Positions 37,131 through 47,066 of a DNA stretch of 64,000 nucleotides are shown piece by piece. The stretch is from Bacteroidales bacterium (GTDB lineage Bacteria > Bacteroidota > Bacteroidia > Bacteroidales > WCHB1-69). The notes below the pieces were generated by a model that saw only the letters and a list, made by a program, of their open reading frames with translations, did no database searches and was not told where the DNA came from. Position numbers and translations under genes: made by a program. The DNA lies in the NCBI GenBank assembly GCA_016285085.1, contig JAEEQA010000001.1, forward strand, positions 23,608 to 87,607, given 5' to 3'. How positions within the stretch are numbered: position 1 is the stretch's first letter; each line of letters begins with the position of its first letter.

Positions 37131-40100
37131 ATGAAAAAAATCCTTTCATTTATTTTGTCGGTCGTTATTGCCACCATGGGATTTTCACAAACTGTAGAAT
37201 TGACTTTTGTAGGACGAGATGCTGTAAATCAATATGTTAAATTAGATAGTATCAAAGTGGTTGACCATACTCAGGGTTGGAATGAAACATTATACTATCC
37301 GGATACGGTTCTGCGGATTCAAGATGATATTGGAATAGAAAATTTTACGGAGGAAAAACAGTTTGTTTTGTTACAGAATGTACCGAATCCTTTTGATGGC
37401 AGGACACAAATTTCACTCTCCTTGTCTGAAACCGAACAGGTTAATCTACAGATATTTGATGTTGGAGGAAAGTTGGTTTCTTCGTTAAGCATTAATTTGT
37501 CTCCGGGAACCCATTTGTTCAAGGTGTCGTTAACAAAGGCACAACCCTATTTTCTTACTGCACACACAAATAAGAATTCGGCAACGATCAAAATGTTGAA
37601 CAGTGGAAATGGGAATGGCAATTCCATTTCTTACATTGGAAGCGTGGAAAAAGGCCGTTTTCATTTGAAAAGCGACATCGCACGTCCGGTGAGCATTGGA
37701 GATCAGATGGAATATGTGGGGTTTTCCACGCTCAACGACACTATGCGAGAGAGCGCTCATCAGACACGGGAATTGCAGGGAGTGGAGACAATCGTTCTCC
37801 ATTTTGATGCGGTTTCTATTCAATGTCAGACACTTTTCGACTATGACGGAAATGCCTATTCGACAGTGGTGATGGGTAACCAATGTTGGATGAGGGAGAA
37901 TCTCCGCACCACGCATACTTCAATGGGCGTGCTCATTGACGACTATGCATATCCCGATCACCCGTATAGCAATCCTGGTACAACAAATGATATGTCACTC
38001 GTTGCCTCGTATGGATTGCTTTATAACTGGAACGCGATGATGAATGGGGCGGCCAGTTCCAATGCGGTTCCTTCAGGTGTGCAAGGAATATGCCCCGATG
38101 GCTGGCACTTGCCAAGCGATAGGGAGTGGAAGCAGTTGGAGGTCTTTGCCGGAATGGATCCCGTTGAAGTCAATGACAGTGGTTTTCGTTCCAATATGGC
38201 AATCACATTGTGTGACACATTGGGGTGGCTTCCTTCCGATGTCTTGTATGCACCGGGTAATATGGGTGCCCCCTACCGAAATGTGACGGGTTTTAGTGCC
38301 CGGCCAGCGGGAGTTTCAGACGATCAAATGGCATCCTGGTTTGGCGAATGCACCTTCTTTTGGACAGCATCCACCATCACCGTCGGGGGTACAACAGGAT
38401 ATTGGTACCGTTCCATTTGGAATAATGCCCATACGATAGTAAGGGACATTTCGTGGCCGCATATGAGGTTTTCGGTGCGATGCGTCCGGGATGAAGAGAC
38501 CTATCCTGCGGAACCCATATCGGTGGACATCATTATTCCCACCATTCCCACCCTCGGTGCCGTTGTTACAGACTCCGCGGCAACTCAAATCACTTCCACT
38601 ACAGCCGTTTGCGGAGGAAATGTGATAGAAGATGGACATTCGGAAATCACAGCCCGAGGGGTGTGCTGGACGGCCGGTTCTGTCCCGACACTGAATACCG
38701 CGCACACTACGGATGGCAGCGGCTTGGGCGCGTTCTCATCCAACCTGACGGGGCTCAACCCCAACACAACCTATTATGTGCGGGCTTATGTCACCAATAA
38801 TGTGGGTACGGCGTATGGACAAATGATTGCTTTCAGAACACGGAGTGACGTGCCGTATGTGAATACCGCTCAGTCCACGAATGTGGAGCAAACCTCATTT
38901 ACTTCCGGTGGAAATGTTCTGGCGGCCAATTGTGCTGGTACCGTTTCACGCGGCATATGCTGGAATGCCACGGGGAATCCAACCCTTGCTGACAATTGCA
39001 TTGCTGCTGGAACGGGAACCGGAAGTTTTGTGTGCAATGTAACGGGGTTGGACTGTAGTACAACTTATTATGTGCGGGCCTATGCCACCAATAATGTGGG
39101 TACGGCGTACGGGGAAGAATATGCTGTGACGACTTTGGCGGAGCCACTTCCGGCTGTTACCACTTTGTCAGTTGAAAATTGCGCCGGAGTTGGGATGATG
39201 GTCAGAGGCGAAGTGCAGCATGGGATTTGTGAAGAGGTCAGTGTGCGGGGTATTTGCTATGGCACTTCCCCGAATCCTACTGTCCTTGACGGGCATACAG
39301 AGAATGGAAACGGATATGGTGTCTTTACAGATACTGTTGTGGGCCTTGAATCGGGTCGTACATATTATGTACGGACCTACGCTACCAATAGTTCGGGAAC
39401 GGCATACGGAGAGGAGTTGAGTGTGTTGGTCTATGTCATACCCACCATAATGACGGATTCCGTCACAGAGATTGTATTCAATTCGGCCACTTGTGGAGGA
39501 CGTGTGTCTGCCGAGGGCGATTCTGCGGTGACGGCGCGTGGCGTGTGCTGGAGCACATCGCAATATCCTACTATTGCTGACAACCATACTGTTGATGGCG
39601 CCGGGCTTGGAGATTTTACGAGTCACCTTACGGGATTGTTAAGCAGCACCACCTATTATGTCCGCGCATACGCTACCAACAGCTTGGGTACGGTTTATGG
39701 GGAACAACGGGTCTTTTCAACTCCCTTTAACTGTGGGACTTCCGTTATTTCCGATATCGATGAAAATAGCTATAACACCGTCCAGATTGGCACGCAGTGC
39801 TGGACAAAAGAAAACATGAAGACCACCAAGTTCGCAAACGGCACTGATCTTTCACAGGGACAGACCACCCATTGGCAATATCCTAATAACAATGCTGCGA
39901 ACAAAGAAACGTACGGACTTTTGTACAGCAGTGCCGCCGTGACACGCACCACCTCAGACACGTCAAATCGTATTCAGGGAATTTGTCCCATGGGCTGGCA
40001 TGTTCCAAATGATGGAGAATGGAAACAGATGGAGAGGGTTGTCGGCCTAAGCCAGGACGAGGCGGACAGTGTTGGATTGCGAGGAAGTGTTGCCGCGCAA

Positions 40101-41363
40101 CTTTCGGATAATGCCGGCTGGATATCGTCCTCGGTTGCCAATGCAGCAGGTGACTTGTCGGCCAGCGAACGCAATGCTTCTGGGTTTAGTGCACTTCCGG
40201 CAGGCAAGGCGGCTAGCAACACTTTATTCGGCTATGAGGCTCATTTTTGGAGCGCGGTCGAAAATGGAAACAGTGCCGTTTACAACAGATACCTGATTTA
40301 CAATTATGATGGTGTCGGACGCTCCGACGATGGCGTAAACAACTTCTATTCCGTCCGATGTGTGCGCGACATCATTGACAGTGCAACAGCAGTTGCTCCT
40401 ACGGTCATCACTTCCGATGTTTCCGATATGTTTCAAGTGTCTCAATTTGATTCCATATTCGAAGCCACCGGTGGCGGAGAGGTAACAGCATACGGCGGCG
40501 CAGTTGTCACAGCCCGCGGAATTTGTTGGAGCACTTCTCCGAATCCAACGGTTGGCGATAGACATACTGTTGACGGTGTTGGCACGGGACCCTTTAGCTC
40601 CACTTTGACGGAATTGGGTCACAACACCACCTATTATGTGCGTGCGTATGCTACCAACCGGGTAGGTACGGCATACGGGAATCAGATCATTTTTACGACA
40701 CCCGAAGCATTTATTTGTGGACACTCTACAGTTTCTGATGTGGAAGGGAATGTTTATAACACGGTGCAGATTGGTGCGCAGTGCTGGATGAAGGAGAATA
40801 TGCGTGCCACCAGATATGCAGACAACACGCCGATTCCATATAATGGTGGGCAAAGTTTGACGGAACCCTACTATTACTACCCGAACGGTGATGTCAATAA
40901 TGTTGCCCAACTTGGTCTTTTATACAATTGGCCGGCAACGATGCATGGTGCCGCTTCAAGTTTTCAAAATCCGAGTGGAGTCCAGGGCATTTGTCCCACG
41001 GGCTGGCATGTGCCGAGCAGTGCCGAATGGTGGCAGCTTACGGATTATGTAAGCAGTCAAAGTGAGTATGTGTGTGGTGAAAATGCTGATAATATTGCTA
41101 AATCATTGGCAGATTCTGTGTGCTGGGGAAGTGTCGCTTCGGGTGATTGTTGTCCGGGATATAACCCATCCAGCAACAACGCCACTGGCTTCAGTGCATT
41201 GCCCAACACCACCTGTGGCGGACCAAGAGCCAGATATTGGAGTACATATGAAGCTACTAGCACTATGGTGTATTACCTTGCAATACAAAAGGACAGGGTA
41301 GCTGTGATTAGAGATAGACACGCTAAAAGCACTGGTAATTCTGTGCGTTGTCTCCGAGATTAG
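37131..41363 (+). CDS. Giant secreted repeat protein. Order: signal peptide, N-proximal T9SS-sorting-domain-like module, three FISUMP domains and about eight Fn3/Ig-like (GVCW..TYYVRAYATN..GTAYG) modules.
   Basis: MKKILSFILSVVIATMGFSQ; LLQNVPNPFDGRTQISLSL..VNLQIFDVGGKLV..GTHLFKV. FISUMP cores are FDYDGNAYSTVVMGNQCWMRENL, SDIDENSYNTVQIGTQCWTKENM and SDVEGNVYNTVQIGAQCWMKENM. The protein ends ..VRCLRD. Confidence 0.85.
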   Translation: MKKILSFILSVVIATMGFSQTVELTFVGRDAVNQYVKLDSIKVVDHTQGWNETLYYPDTVLRIQDDIGIENFTEEKQFVLLQNVPNPFDGRTQISLSLSETEQVNLQIFDVGGKLVSSLSINLSPGTHLFKVSLTKAQPYFLTAHTNKNSATIKMLNSGNGNGNSISYIGSVEKGRFHLKSDIARPVSIGDQMEYVGFSTLNDTMRESAHQTRELQGVETIVLHFDAVSIQCQTLFDYDGNAYSTVVMGNQCWMRENLRTTHTSMGVLIDDYAYPDHPYSNPGTTNDMSLVASYGLLYNWNAMMNGAASSNAVPSGVQGICPDGWHLPSDREWKQLEVFAGMDPVEVNDSGFRSNMAITLCDTLGWLPSDVLYAPGNMGAPYRNVTGFSARPAGVSDDQMASWFGECTFFWTASTITVGGTTGYWYRSIWNNAHTIVRDISWPHMRFSVRCVRDEETYPAEPISVDIIIPTIPTLGAVVTDSAATQITSTTAVCGGNVIEDGHSEITARGVCWTAGSVPTLNTAHTTDGSGLGAFSSNLTGLNPNTTYYVRAYVTNNVGTAYGQMIAFRTRSDVPYVNTAQSTNVEQTSFTSGGNVLAANCAGTVSRGICWNATGNPTLADNCIAAGTGTGSFVCNVTGLDCSTTYYVRAYATNNVGTAYGEEYAVTTLAEPLPAVTTLSVENCAGVGMMVRGEVQHGICEEVSVRGICYGTSPNPTVLDGHTENGNGYGVFTDTVVGLESGRTYYVRTYATNSSGTAYGEELSVLVYVIPTIMTDSVTEIVFNSATCGGRVSAEGDSAVTARGVCWSTSQYPTIADNHTVDGAGLGDFTSHLTGLLSSTTYYVRAYATNSLGTVYGEQRVFSTPFNCGTSVISDIDENSYNTVQIGTQCWTKENMKTTKFANGTDLSQGQTTHWQYPNNNAANKETYGLLYSSAAVTRTTSDTSNRIQGICPMGWHVPNDGEWKQMERVVGLSQDEADSVGLRGSVAAQLSDNAGWISSSVANAAGDLSASERNASGFSALPAGKAASNTLFGYEAHFWSAVENGNSAVYNRYLIYNYDGVGRSDDGVNNFYSVRCVRDIIDSATAVAPTVITSDVSDMFQVSQFDSIFEATGGGEVTAYGGAVVTARGICWSTSPNPTVGDRHTVDGVGTGPFSSTLTELGHNTTYYVRAYATNRVGTAYGNQIIFTTPEAFICGHSTVSDVEGNVYNTVQIGAQCWMKENMRATRYADNTPIPYNGGQSLTEPYYYYPNGDVNNVAQLGLLYNWPATMHGAASSFQNPSGVQGICPTGWHVPSSAEWWQLTDYVSSQSEYVCGENADNIAKSLADSVCWGSVASGDCCPGYNPSSNNATGFSALPNTTCGGPRARYWSTYEATSTMVYYLAIQKDRVAVIRDRHAKSTGNSVRCLRD

Positions 41364-41545
41364 ATTGTGTGTACTGTTATCCCCTGCCTACCGTCACAAC
41401 GGCGGCAGTCCGTTAGGCCTGCAGGCCTCGTTAGGGCAGGATTTGTGCGGTAGGAAAATCGCAGACCTTTAGGTTGGCGCCCCCTCCTGCCCCCTGATTT
41501 GTATGCCCCCATATGGTACTGCATTAAAGGGAACGTCCAACGTAG

Positions 41546-41576
41546 ATGTAGGGCTGTCATAGTATGGCAGCCCTAC
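41546..41576. repeat. GTAG-capped palindrome variant.
   Basis: TGTAGGGCTGtCATAGTATGgCAGCCCTACA (one mismatch) lies in a convergent intergenic region. Confidence 0.7.
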
Positions 41577-41739
41577 AGTGTCATGATTTTATCGCGGGTT
41601 TTGTGCCCATAATTAAAAAAATTTATAAAGTTGCAAGTTTATAAGGTACAAGGTAGGAAGTAGGAGATCGTACCGGTTAAAATTCGGTGGCAAATATACC
41701 ATAAAAACTGAAAATTGAAAACGGAAAAGTACTTCCTTC

Positions 41740-42990
41740 TTAGTTATCATCCAGCTTGATGAAGATGAACAGCAGCGTAGTGAAGCCCCACAGCGAAGAG
41801 CCACCGTAGCTGATGAACGGCAAGGGTATGCCAATAATTGGCACTAACCCGATGGTCATGCCGACGTTGATGGCCAAATGGAAAAAGATGATGGAGGCCA
41901 CACAGTAGCCGTAAATCCGAGAGAAGGGATTCCGCTGTTTCTCCGACAATAGAATCAGTCGTATGATGAGGGCAAGATACAGCGCGATAAGGAAGGTGCA
42001 ACCGACAAAGCCCCACTCCTCGCCGATGCCGCAGAAGATGAAGTCGGTGCTCTGCTCCGGCACAAAGTTCAGCTTGGTCTGCGTTCCATGCAGGTACCCT
42101 TTGCCAAAGAACCCGCCCGACCCGATGGCGATCTTCGACTGGTTCAGGTTGAAGTCGGCCCCCTTGGGATCCACACTCTTGCCCAAAATGGTGTCGATAC
42201 GCTGCCGCTGGTGCGACTGAAGCACTTCGTTGTAGGCGAAATTGACGGCAAAAACGAACAACACAAATCCAGCATATATGCCAATATTTCGCAGAGTCTT
42301 CATCTTGTCACCTTTGGAGAAATATAGTGCAACTACCAATATAACAGTGAGAAACGCTACCGAATATAATTCGTTGGTGACAATGGTGAGGACGAAAAGG
42401 ATAATCGCAAAAATACCTGCAAGGAGAACCCAGCCGTTGAAACCTTCCCGGTAGAAAAGGATGATGAAGGAGGTAAAAACGAGGGCGGAACCGGTATCCT
42501 TCTGCAACAAAGCGATGACAGCCGGGATGCCGATCAGGATAAAGGCGGTGATCCACTGAGTCTTTCGCTCCTTGTCGGTTTTGGCGCTGCTGAAAAACTT
42601 GGCGATGGCCAACGCCGTCGCAAATTTCGCAAACTCAATGGGTTGAATGCTGAAACTGCCGATCTTGATCCAGGCCTTGGCACCGTTGATGTCGGTGCCG
42701 ATGAATACAACGGACAGTATCAGCAGCATAAACACCGCATACACAAGATAGGCGTAGGTCTGTATCAGTTTGGTGTCAATGGCGAGGACAATGAAAGCGA
42801 GCACAGCGGCGGCGATGATCCAGATCAGCTGGCGGCCGTACGGCTGGGCGAGGTCGAAGAGGTGGAACGGCTGCGTCGAGTCGTAGGCCGACGAATAGAT
42901 GGTGAGCCAACCGATGACCACTAATGCAACATAGTAGATAATCAGTTGGGTATCAACGCCTTTGAATTTTGTCGGCTGGTTATTGTTCAT
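41740..42990 (-). CDS. rodA: Rod shape-determining protein RodA (SEDS family peptidoglycan polymerase).
   Basis: FtsW/RodA/SpoVE polytopic protein. Blocks QPIEFAKF and EQSTDFIF..GEEWGFVG. Translationally coupled to mrdA. Confidence 0.85.
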   Translation of the reverse strand: MNNNQPTKFKGVDTQLIIYYVALVVIGWLTIYSSAYDSTQPFHLFDLAQPYGRQLIWIIAAAVLAFIVLAIDTKLIQTYAYLVYAVFMLLILSVVFIGTDINGAKAWIKIGSFSIQPIEFAKFATALAIAKFFSSAKTDKERKTQWITAFILIGIPAVIALLQKDTGSALVFTSFIILFYREGFNGWVLLAGIFAIILFVLTIVTNELYSVAFLTVILVVALYFSKGDKMKTLRNIGIYAGFVLFVFAVNFAYNEVLQSHQRQRIDTILGKSVDPKGADFNLNQSKIAIGSGGFFGKGYLHGTQTKLNFVPEQSTDFIFCGIGEEWGFVGCTFLIALYLALIIRLILLSEKQRNPFSRIYGYCVASIIFFHLAINVGMTIGLVPIIGIPLPFISYGGSSLWGFTTLLFIFIKLDDN

Positions 42991-42993
42991 CGT

Positions 42994-44799
42994 TCATCGG
43001 GTGTTGAGTTCCATCATCCGTTTTTCAAGGTCGGTGCGTTTGACCTCCCTGCGGATGTAATATTCGGCAATCAGGGTGGCGATGGGAGCGGCCACGGACG
43101 CGCCCCACCCGCCGTTTTCAACGAGCACGAAGACAGCGATTTGCGGGTCGTCCACCGGTCCGAAGCAGGCAAAAACGGAATGGTCGCGGCCGTGCGGGTT
43201 CTGGGCCGTGCCGGTCTTTCCCGCCATTACAATGCTGTCCACCTGCGCGAACCGGCCCGTACCCGAGGTCATCACCAACTTCATCCCGTCGATGATGGGC
43301 TCGAAATATTGGGGCTCGATGCCGCTGTTGATCCGTTGGCTGTAGCGTGTGTTGGGATTGTCTTTCGAACCGATCGCCTTGACAACGTGAGGTTTGTAAT
43401 AGTAACCTTTATTGGCGATGATGGCGATGAGATTGGCCATCTGGAGAGGCGTGCAGGCCACCTGCCCTTGTCCGATACCCATCGAAACGATGGAGTTGCC
43501 GTGCCAGTGCCCGCGGTACTCACGGTCGAGGTCCTCCACCGTGGGAATCACCCCTTTCGACTCGTACGGCAGGTCGGTGTTGAACTTCTGGCCGATGCCG
43601 AGCTGGTTGATGTGGTTCTTCCAAGCCTGGTAGCCGTCGCGCACCGACTTGTACTTTGAATTGGAAACGGTGTTATAGAAAGCGCGGCAGAAGTACGCGT
43701 TGCAGGAACAGCGCACGGCGTCCACGAGGTCGGAGCCGGCGTGCGCATGGCACTTCACGACGTGGTTGCCGATGCTGTAACCGCCGCCGCAGCTATAGTA
43801 GGTGTAGCGGTTGATCACCCCCTCCTGCTGGGCAATCAAGCCGTTGGCCAGCTTGAAGGTGGAGCCGGGCGGATAGATGGCCTTCAGGGCGCGGTTGTAT
43901 AGCGGCACATTCACGGTGTCCATCAGCAACTTGGCATAGTTGCGGCTGCGGTTCTTCCCCACCAAGAGGTTGGGGTCGTAGGTAGGGGTGGACACGATGC
44001 ACAGGATTTCGCCCGTGGACGGCTCAATGGCGACGATGCTGCCCTTTTTGTTGGCCATCAGCTGTTCGCCGTAGCGTTGCAGCTGCATGTCGATGGTGCA
44101 CCAGAGGTTGCTGCCGGGCACCGCGGCCACGTCGAACTCACCATTGCGGTAGGAACCGTGCTCGCGGTTGTGGACGTCCACCAGCACCATCTTCTTGCCC
44201 TTCACACCGCGAAGCTCCTCTTCGTAAGCCTTTTCAATGCCGCTGATACCGATATAGTCCCCCATCTGATAGTAACTGTCCTCCTTCAGCTGGTTTTCGC
44301 CCACCTCGCCAATGTACCCCAGGATATGGGCGGCAATGGGTTCCGGGTAGGCCCGGAGCGTGCGGGGCTGCACATAAAAACCCGGAAACTTGTACAGTTT
44401 CTCCTGCAAATAGCCATAGTCCTCTTTCCCAATTTGTTGCGCAAAGATATTTGGAAGAAGCTGGGAGTATTTCCGTGCTTTTTCCAATCTTTGAATCAAG
44501 TCTTCCTTCGTGATTTCCAAAATGTTACAAAGATCCGCCGTGTCAAAATCCCGCACATTGCGGGGAATCACCATCAGGTCATAGGCAGCCTCGTTATAGA
44601 CCAGCAGGGAGACGTTGCGATCATAACTAAGGCCACGCGGAGGTTGCTGCACCACCTCGCGAATGGCGTTGTTTCGGGCCAAATCCTTGTACTTTTGGTC
44701 CATCATCTGCATGGAAAAAAGCCGCACCAGATAAACACCCATCAGGACAACCATCAGAGCGATGATGATAATGCGACGCTGTTCTTTCAATGGGTTCAT
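42994..44799 (-). CDS. mrdA: Penicillin-binding protein 2 (transpeptidase).
   Basis: PPGSTFK (SxxK), SxN region and KTGTAQ (KTG). N-terminal TM anchor. Confidence 0.9.
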   Translation of the reverse strand: MNPLKEQRRIIIIALMVVLMGVYLVRLFSMQMMDQKYKDLARNNAIREVVQQPPRGLSYDRNVSLLVYNEAAYDLMVIPRNVRDFDTADLCNILEITKEDLIQRLEKARKYSQLLPNIFAQQIGKEDYGYLQEKLYKFPGFYVQPRTLRAYPEPIAAHILGYIGEVGENQLKEDSYYQMGDYIGISGIEKAYEEELRGVKGKKMVLVDVHNREHGSYRNGEFDVAAVPGSNLWCTIDMQLQRYGEQLMANKKGSIVAIEPSTGEILCIVSTPTYDPNLLVGKNRSRNYAKLLMDTVNVPLYNRALKAIYPPGSTFKLANGLIAQQEGVINRYTYYSCGGGYSIGNHVVKCHAHAGSDLVDAVRCSCNAYFCRAFYNTVSNSKYKSVRDGYQAWKNHINQLGIGQKFNTDLPYESKGVIPTVEDLDREYRGHWHGNSIVSMGIGQGQVACTPLQMANLIAIIANKGYYYKPHVVKAIGSKDNPNTRYSQRINSGIEPQYFEPIIDGMKLVMTSGTGRFAQVDSIVMAGKTGTAQNPHGRDHSVFACFGPVDDPQIAVFVLVENGGWGASVAAPIATLIAEYYIRREVKRTDLEKRMMELNTR

Positions 44800-44826
44800 G
44801 GCGCTTTGGTGGGCTATTTTTTGTGG

Positions 44827-45789
44827 TTATTTTATGCGTTTGCTCAATTCGTTGGCAAGATTGGCGAATTCCTGCCGTCCCGCTTCCGACCCTGCCGAAA
44901 TTTTGCCGAGTTCTGCCAAAGCGAGGTGGGCATACTCCTCTATCTTTTCTTCCGTTTTCTTTTGAATATCAAGTTTTTGATAGATTTTTGTCACGGCTTC
45001 AAATTTCTCTTTATCCTCAAAATTGGTAGAAGAAAAGTAGTGAAGGAGCTGTTTCCTGTCGTCTTCGCCCGCATCCTGGAGGGCACGGAGGTAAAGATAG
45101 GTTTTCTTGTTTTCGCGGATGTCGCCGCCGATGGGTTTGCCGAAGACGGCAGTGTCGCCATAGACGTCGAGGAGGTCGTCTTTCAGCTGGAAGGCGAGGC
45201 CGAGATAGATGCCGTACTGGTAAATGGCCTCGCAGTCGGCTTCGGAGGCGTGCGACAGGAGGGCGCCGGCTTTGAGGCACCCGGCCAGCATCACGGCAGT
45301 CTTGTACTGTATCATCTGGATGAAGTCGTCGATGCTGACATCGTCGGCCGTCTCGAAGTCGAGGTCTTTCTGCTGGCCCTCGCAGATCTCGATGGAGGTT
45401 TGCGACAGCAGGTCGGTGAGGGCGATGACGGTTTCGGGGCGGGTGGGGGTGTAGAGCATCTCCTTGAGGGCGAGCGTGGCGAGGGCGTCGCCGGACAGGA
45501 TGGCGATGTTGCTGTTCCAGTGCTTGTACACCGTCGGCTGTCCCCGGCGAATCGGCGCGTTGTCCATGATGTCGTCGTGGATAAGGGTGAAGTTGTGCAG
45601 CATCTCGAAGGCCGCGGCCGGATGGATGGCAGCCGCCTCGTCACCGCCGAAAAAACGGGTGGACATCATCACCAAACGGGGACGCAAACGCTTCCCTCCC
45701 TGCGACAAAGTATAATAGATGGGATTATACAGATTTGCAGGCTCCCTGTTCAGGGATATCTTCTTGAAATATTCCTCTAACTCTTTCAA
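44827..45789 (-). CDS. Polyprenyl diphosphate synthase (trans-isoprenyl, GGPP/octaprenyl class).
   Basis: FARM LIHDDIMDNAPIRRG and SARM FQLKDDLLDVYG. Confidence 0.85.
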   Translation of the reverse strand: MKELEEYFKKISLNREPANLYNPIYYTLSQGGKRLRPRLVMMSTRFFGGDEAAAIHPAAAFEMLHNFTLIHDDIMDNAPIRRGQPTVYKHWNSNIAILSGDALATLALKEMLYTPTRPETVIALTDLLSQTSIEICEGQQKDLDFETADDVSIDDFIQMIQYKTAVMLAGCLKAGALLSHASEADCEAIYQYGIYLGLAFQLKDDLLDVYGDTAVFGKPIGGDIRENKKTYLYLRALQDAGEDDRKQLLHYFSSTNFEDKEKFEAVTKIYQKLDIQKKTEEKIEEYAHLALAELGKISAGSEAGRQEFANLANELSKRIK

Positions 45790-45876
45790 AATAAAATATT
45801 TACAGTTAAAAATTAAAAAGTGCTGGATTGAAAAATCAAGTTGGCAAAGGTACTACTTTTTTGTTGTTTCCGGACA

Positions 45877-45913
45877 ACAAAAAAGGCGGCCTAATGAAAG
45901 CCGCCTTTTTTTT
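45877..45913 (-). terminator. Hairpin terminator (bidirectional-looking) after the SIMPL-domain gene.
   Basis: AAAAGGCGGCctaatgaaaGCCGCCTTTTTTTT. A/T runs on both sides. Confidence 0.65.
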
Positions 45914-45925
45914 GGAAAAATGGGT

Positions 45926-46669
45926 TTATTTCACATAGTAAGTGAGTCGCATGTTGATACTGGCGCGTTTGTTCTTGGAAGAAGTGTTGAAGGCGCCGCC
46001 CCATGAGTAGTCCTCGTCGCTGGAGTTGGGTGCGGTGATCTGGAACACGCCCATGTTGGCCACTTTCAAACCTGCCAGATGGGAGCCGGCATTCTTGGTG
46101 ATGGTTTCGGCGCGGTTGCGGGCGTCCTTCGTGGCATCTGCCAACATCTCGATTTTCAGGTCGGCCAACTTGGTGTAGTAGTAGTTCGGTCCCCATGTGT
46201 TCACATTGATGCCCTCGTCAAGGAGTTCGGCAATGTCATTGTAGAGATTCTCCACTTTTTCCACATCTTTGGACTCGATGCGCACGCTCTGGGTCATCTC
46301 GTAGCCCTGGAAGACATCGAAGCTGCGGTGGGCCTGCTGGTCATACTCATAGCGGAACGATTCTTCGCACTGGGTGCGCTTGAACTGAATCTCATTTTCC
46401 GGAATGCCTTTGGAAATAAGGTACGCCTTCACCGTTTCGTTCATTTTCTTGATCTGGTCGTAAGCGGCCTTTTGGTTCATGTCTTTGGTCTTGTAGTTGA
46501 AATCCCATACGATGAGGTCGGAGACGAAGTCACGCTCGGCGAGACCGACGACGGAAACGGTTTTGGTCGGGGCTTTCGCCTGATAGAAAGCGATGCCGCA
46601 AGCGATGGCGCCCAGCACAAAGCAGACACCGAGGATGACGCTGATGACGATTTTGGTTTTGTCTTGCAT
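45926..46669 (-). CDS. SIMPL (DUF541) domain periplasmic protein.
   Basis: Signal/anchor ..VISVILGVCFVLGAIACGIAF. SIMPL-like repeats (VSVVGLAERDF.., NAGSHLAGLKVANMG). I prefer the ATG at 46669. Confidence 0.6.
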   Translation of the reverse strand: MQDKTKIVISVILGVCFVLGAIACGIAFYQAKAPTKTVSVVGLAERDFVSDLIVWDFNYKTKDMNQKAAYDQIKKMNETVKAYLISKGIPENEIQFKRTQCEESFRYEYDQQAHRSFDVFQGYEMTQSVRIESKDVEKVENLYNDIAELLDEGINVNTWGPNYYYTKLADLKIEMLADATKDARNRAETITKNAGSHLAGLKVANMGVFQITAPNSSDEDYSWGGAFNTSSKNKRASINMRLTYYVK

Positions 46670-46787
46670 AACGATAAAATTTAAGGGGTTAATACTTATT
46701 ATAGTGGTTGAATAACGTAGGTTTGTTTCTAAAATTGCAATCGTCTGCAAAAAAAAAATCCCGATGAAAATCACCGGGATTTTTGGA

Positions 46788-46958
46788 TTAGATGTTCCGC
46801 ATGTTTTGGTCCACGTGGATGTCCTCCTCCAGCTGCCATAGCATGAAGCCCGACTGCTGTTGCATGTAGGTTAAAATATCCACTCGTTGGTTGAGGTCGT
46901 TGATCTGGGAAATCGCCTGCAGGACCTCGTCGATTTTGATTTTAATATTGTTGTCCAT
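46788..46958 (-). CDS. Possible small protein (56 aa), coiled-coil-like.
   Basis: Manual translation gives MDNNIKIKIDEVLQAISQINDLNQRVDILTYMQQQSGFMLWQLEEDIHVDQNMRNI. No motif recognised. It is below the ORF-track cutoff. Confidence 0.3.
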   Translation of the reverse strand: MDNNIKIKIDEVLQAISQINDLNQRVDILTYMQQQSGFMLWQLEEDIHVDQNMRNI

Positions 46959-46962
46959 TTTT

Positions 46963-47066
46963 TAGGGTATAGTAAATAGGGGTTAGGGGTTAGTAATTAG
47001 GGGTTAGTAATTAGGGGTTAGTAATTAGGGTATAGTAATTAGGGGTTAGTAATTAGTAGGGGGTGG
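46963..47066. repeat. Tandem array (about 7 units) of the 14-nt unit AGGGGTTAGTAATT, immediately 3' of the four-helix-bundle gene.
   Basis: TAGGGTATAGTAAATAGGGGTTAGGGGTTAGTAATTAGGGGTTAGTAATTAGGGGTTAGTAATTAGGGTATAGTAATTAGGGGTTAGTAATTAGTAGGGGG. Confidence 0.9.
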
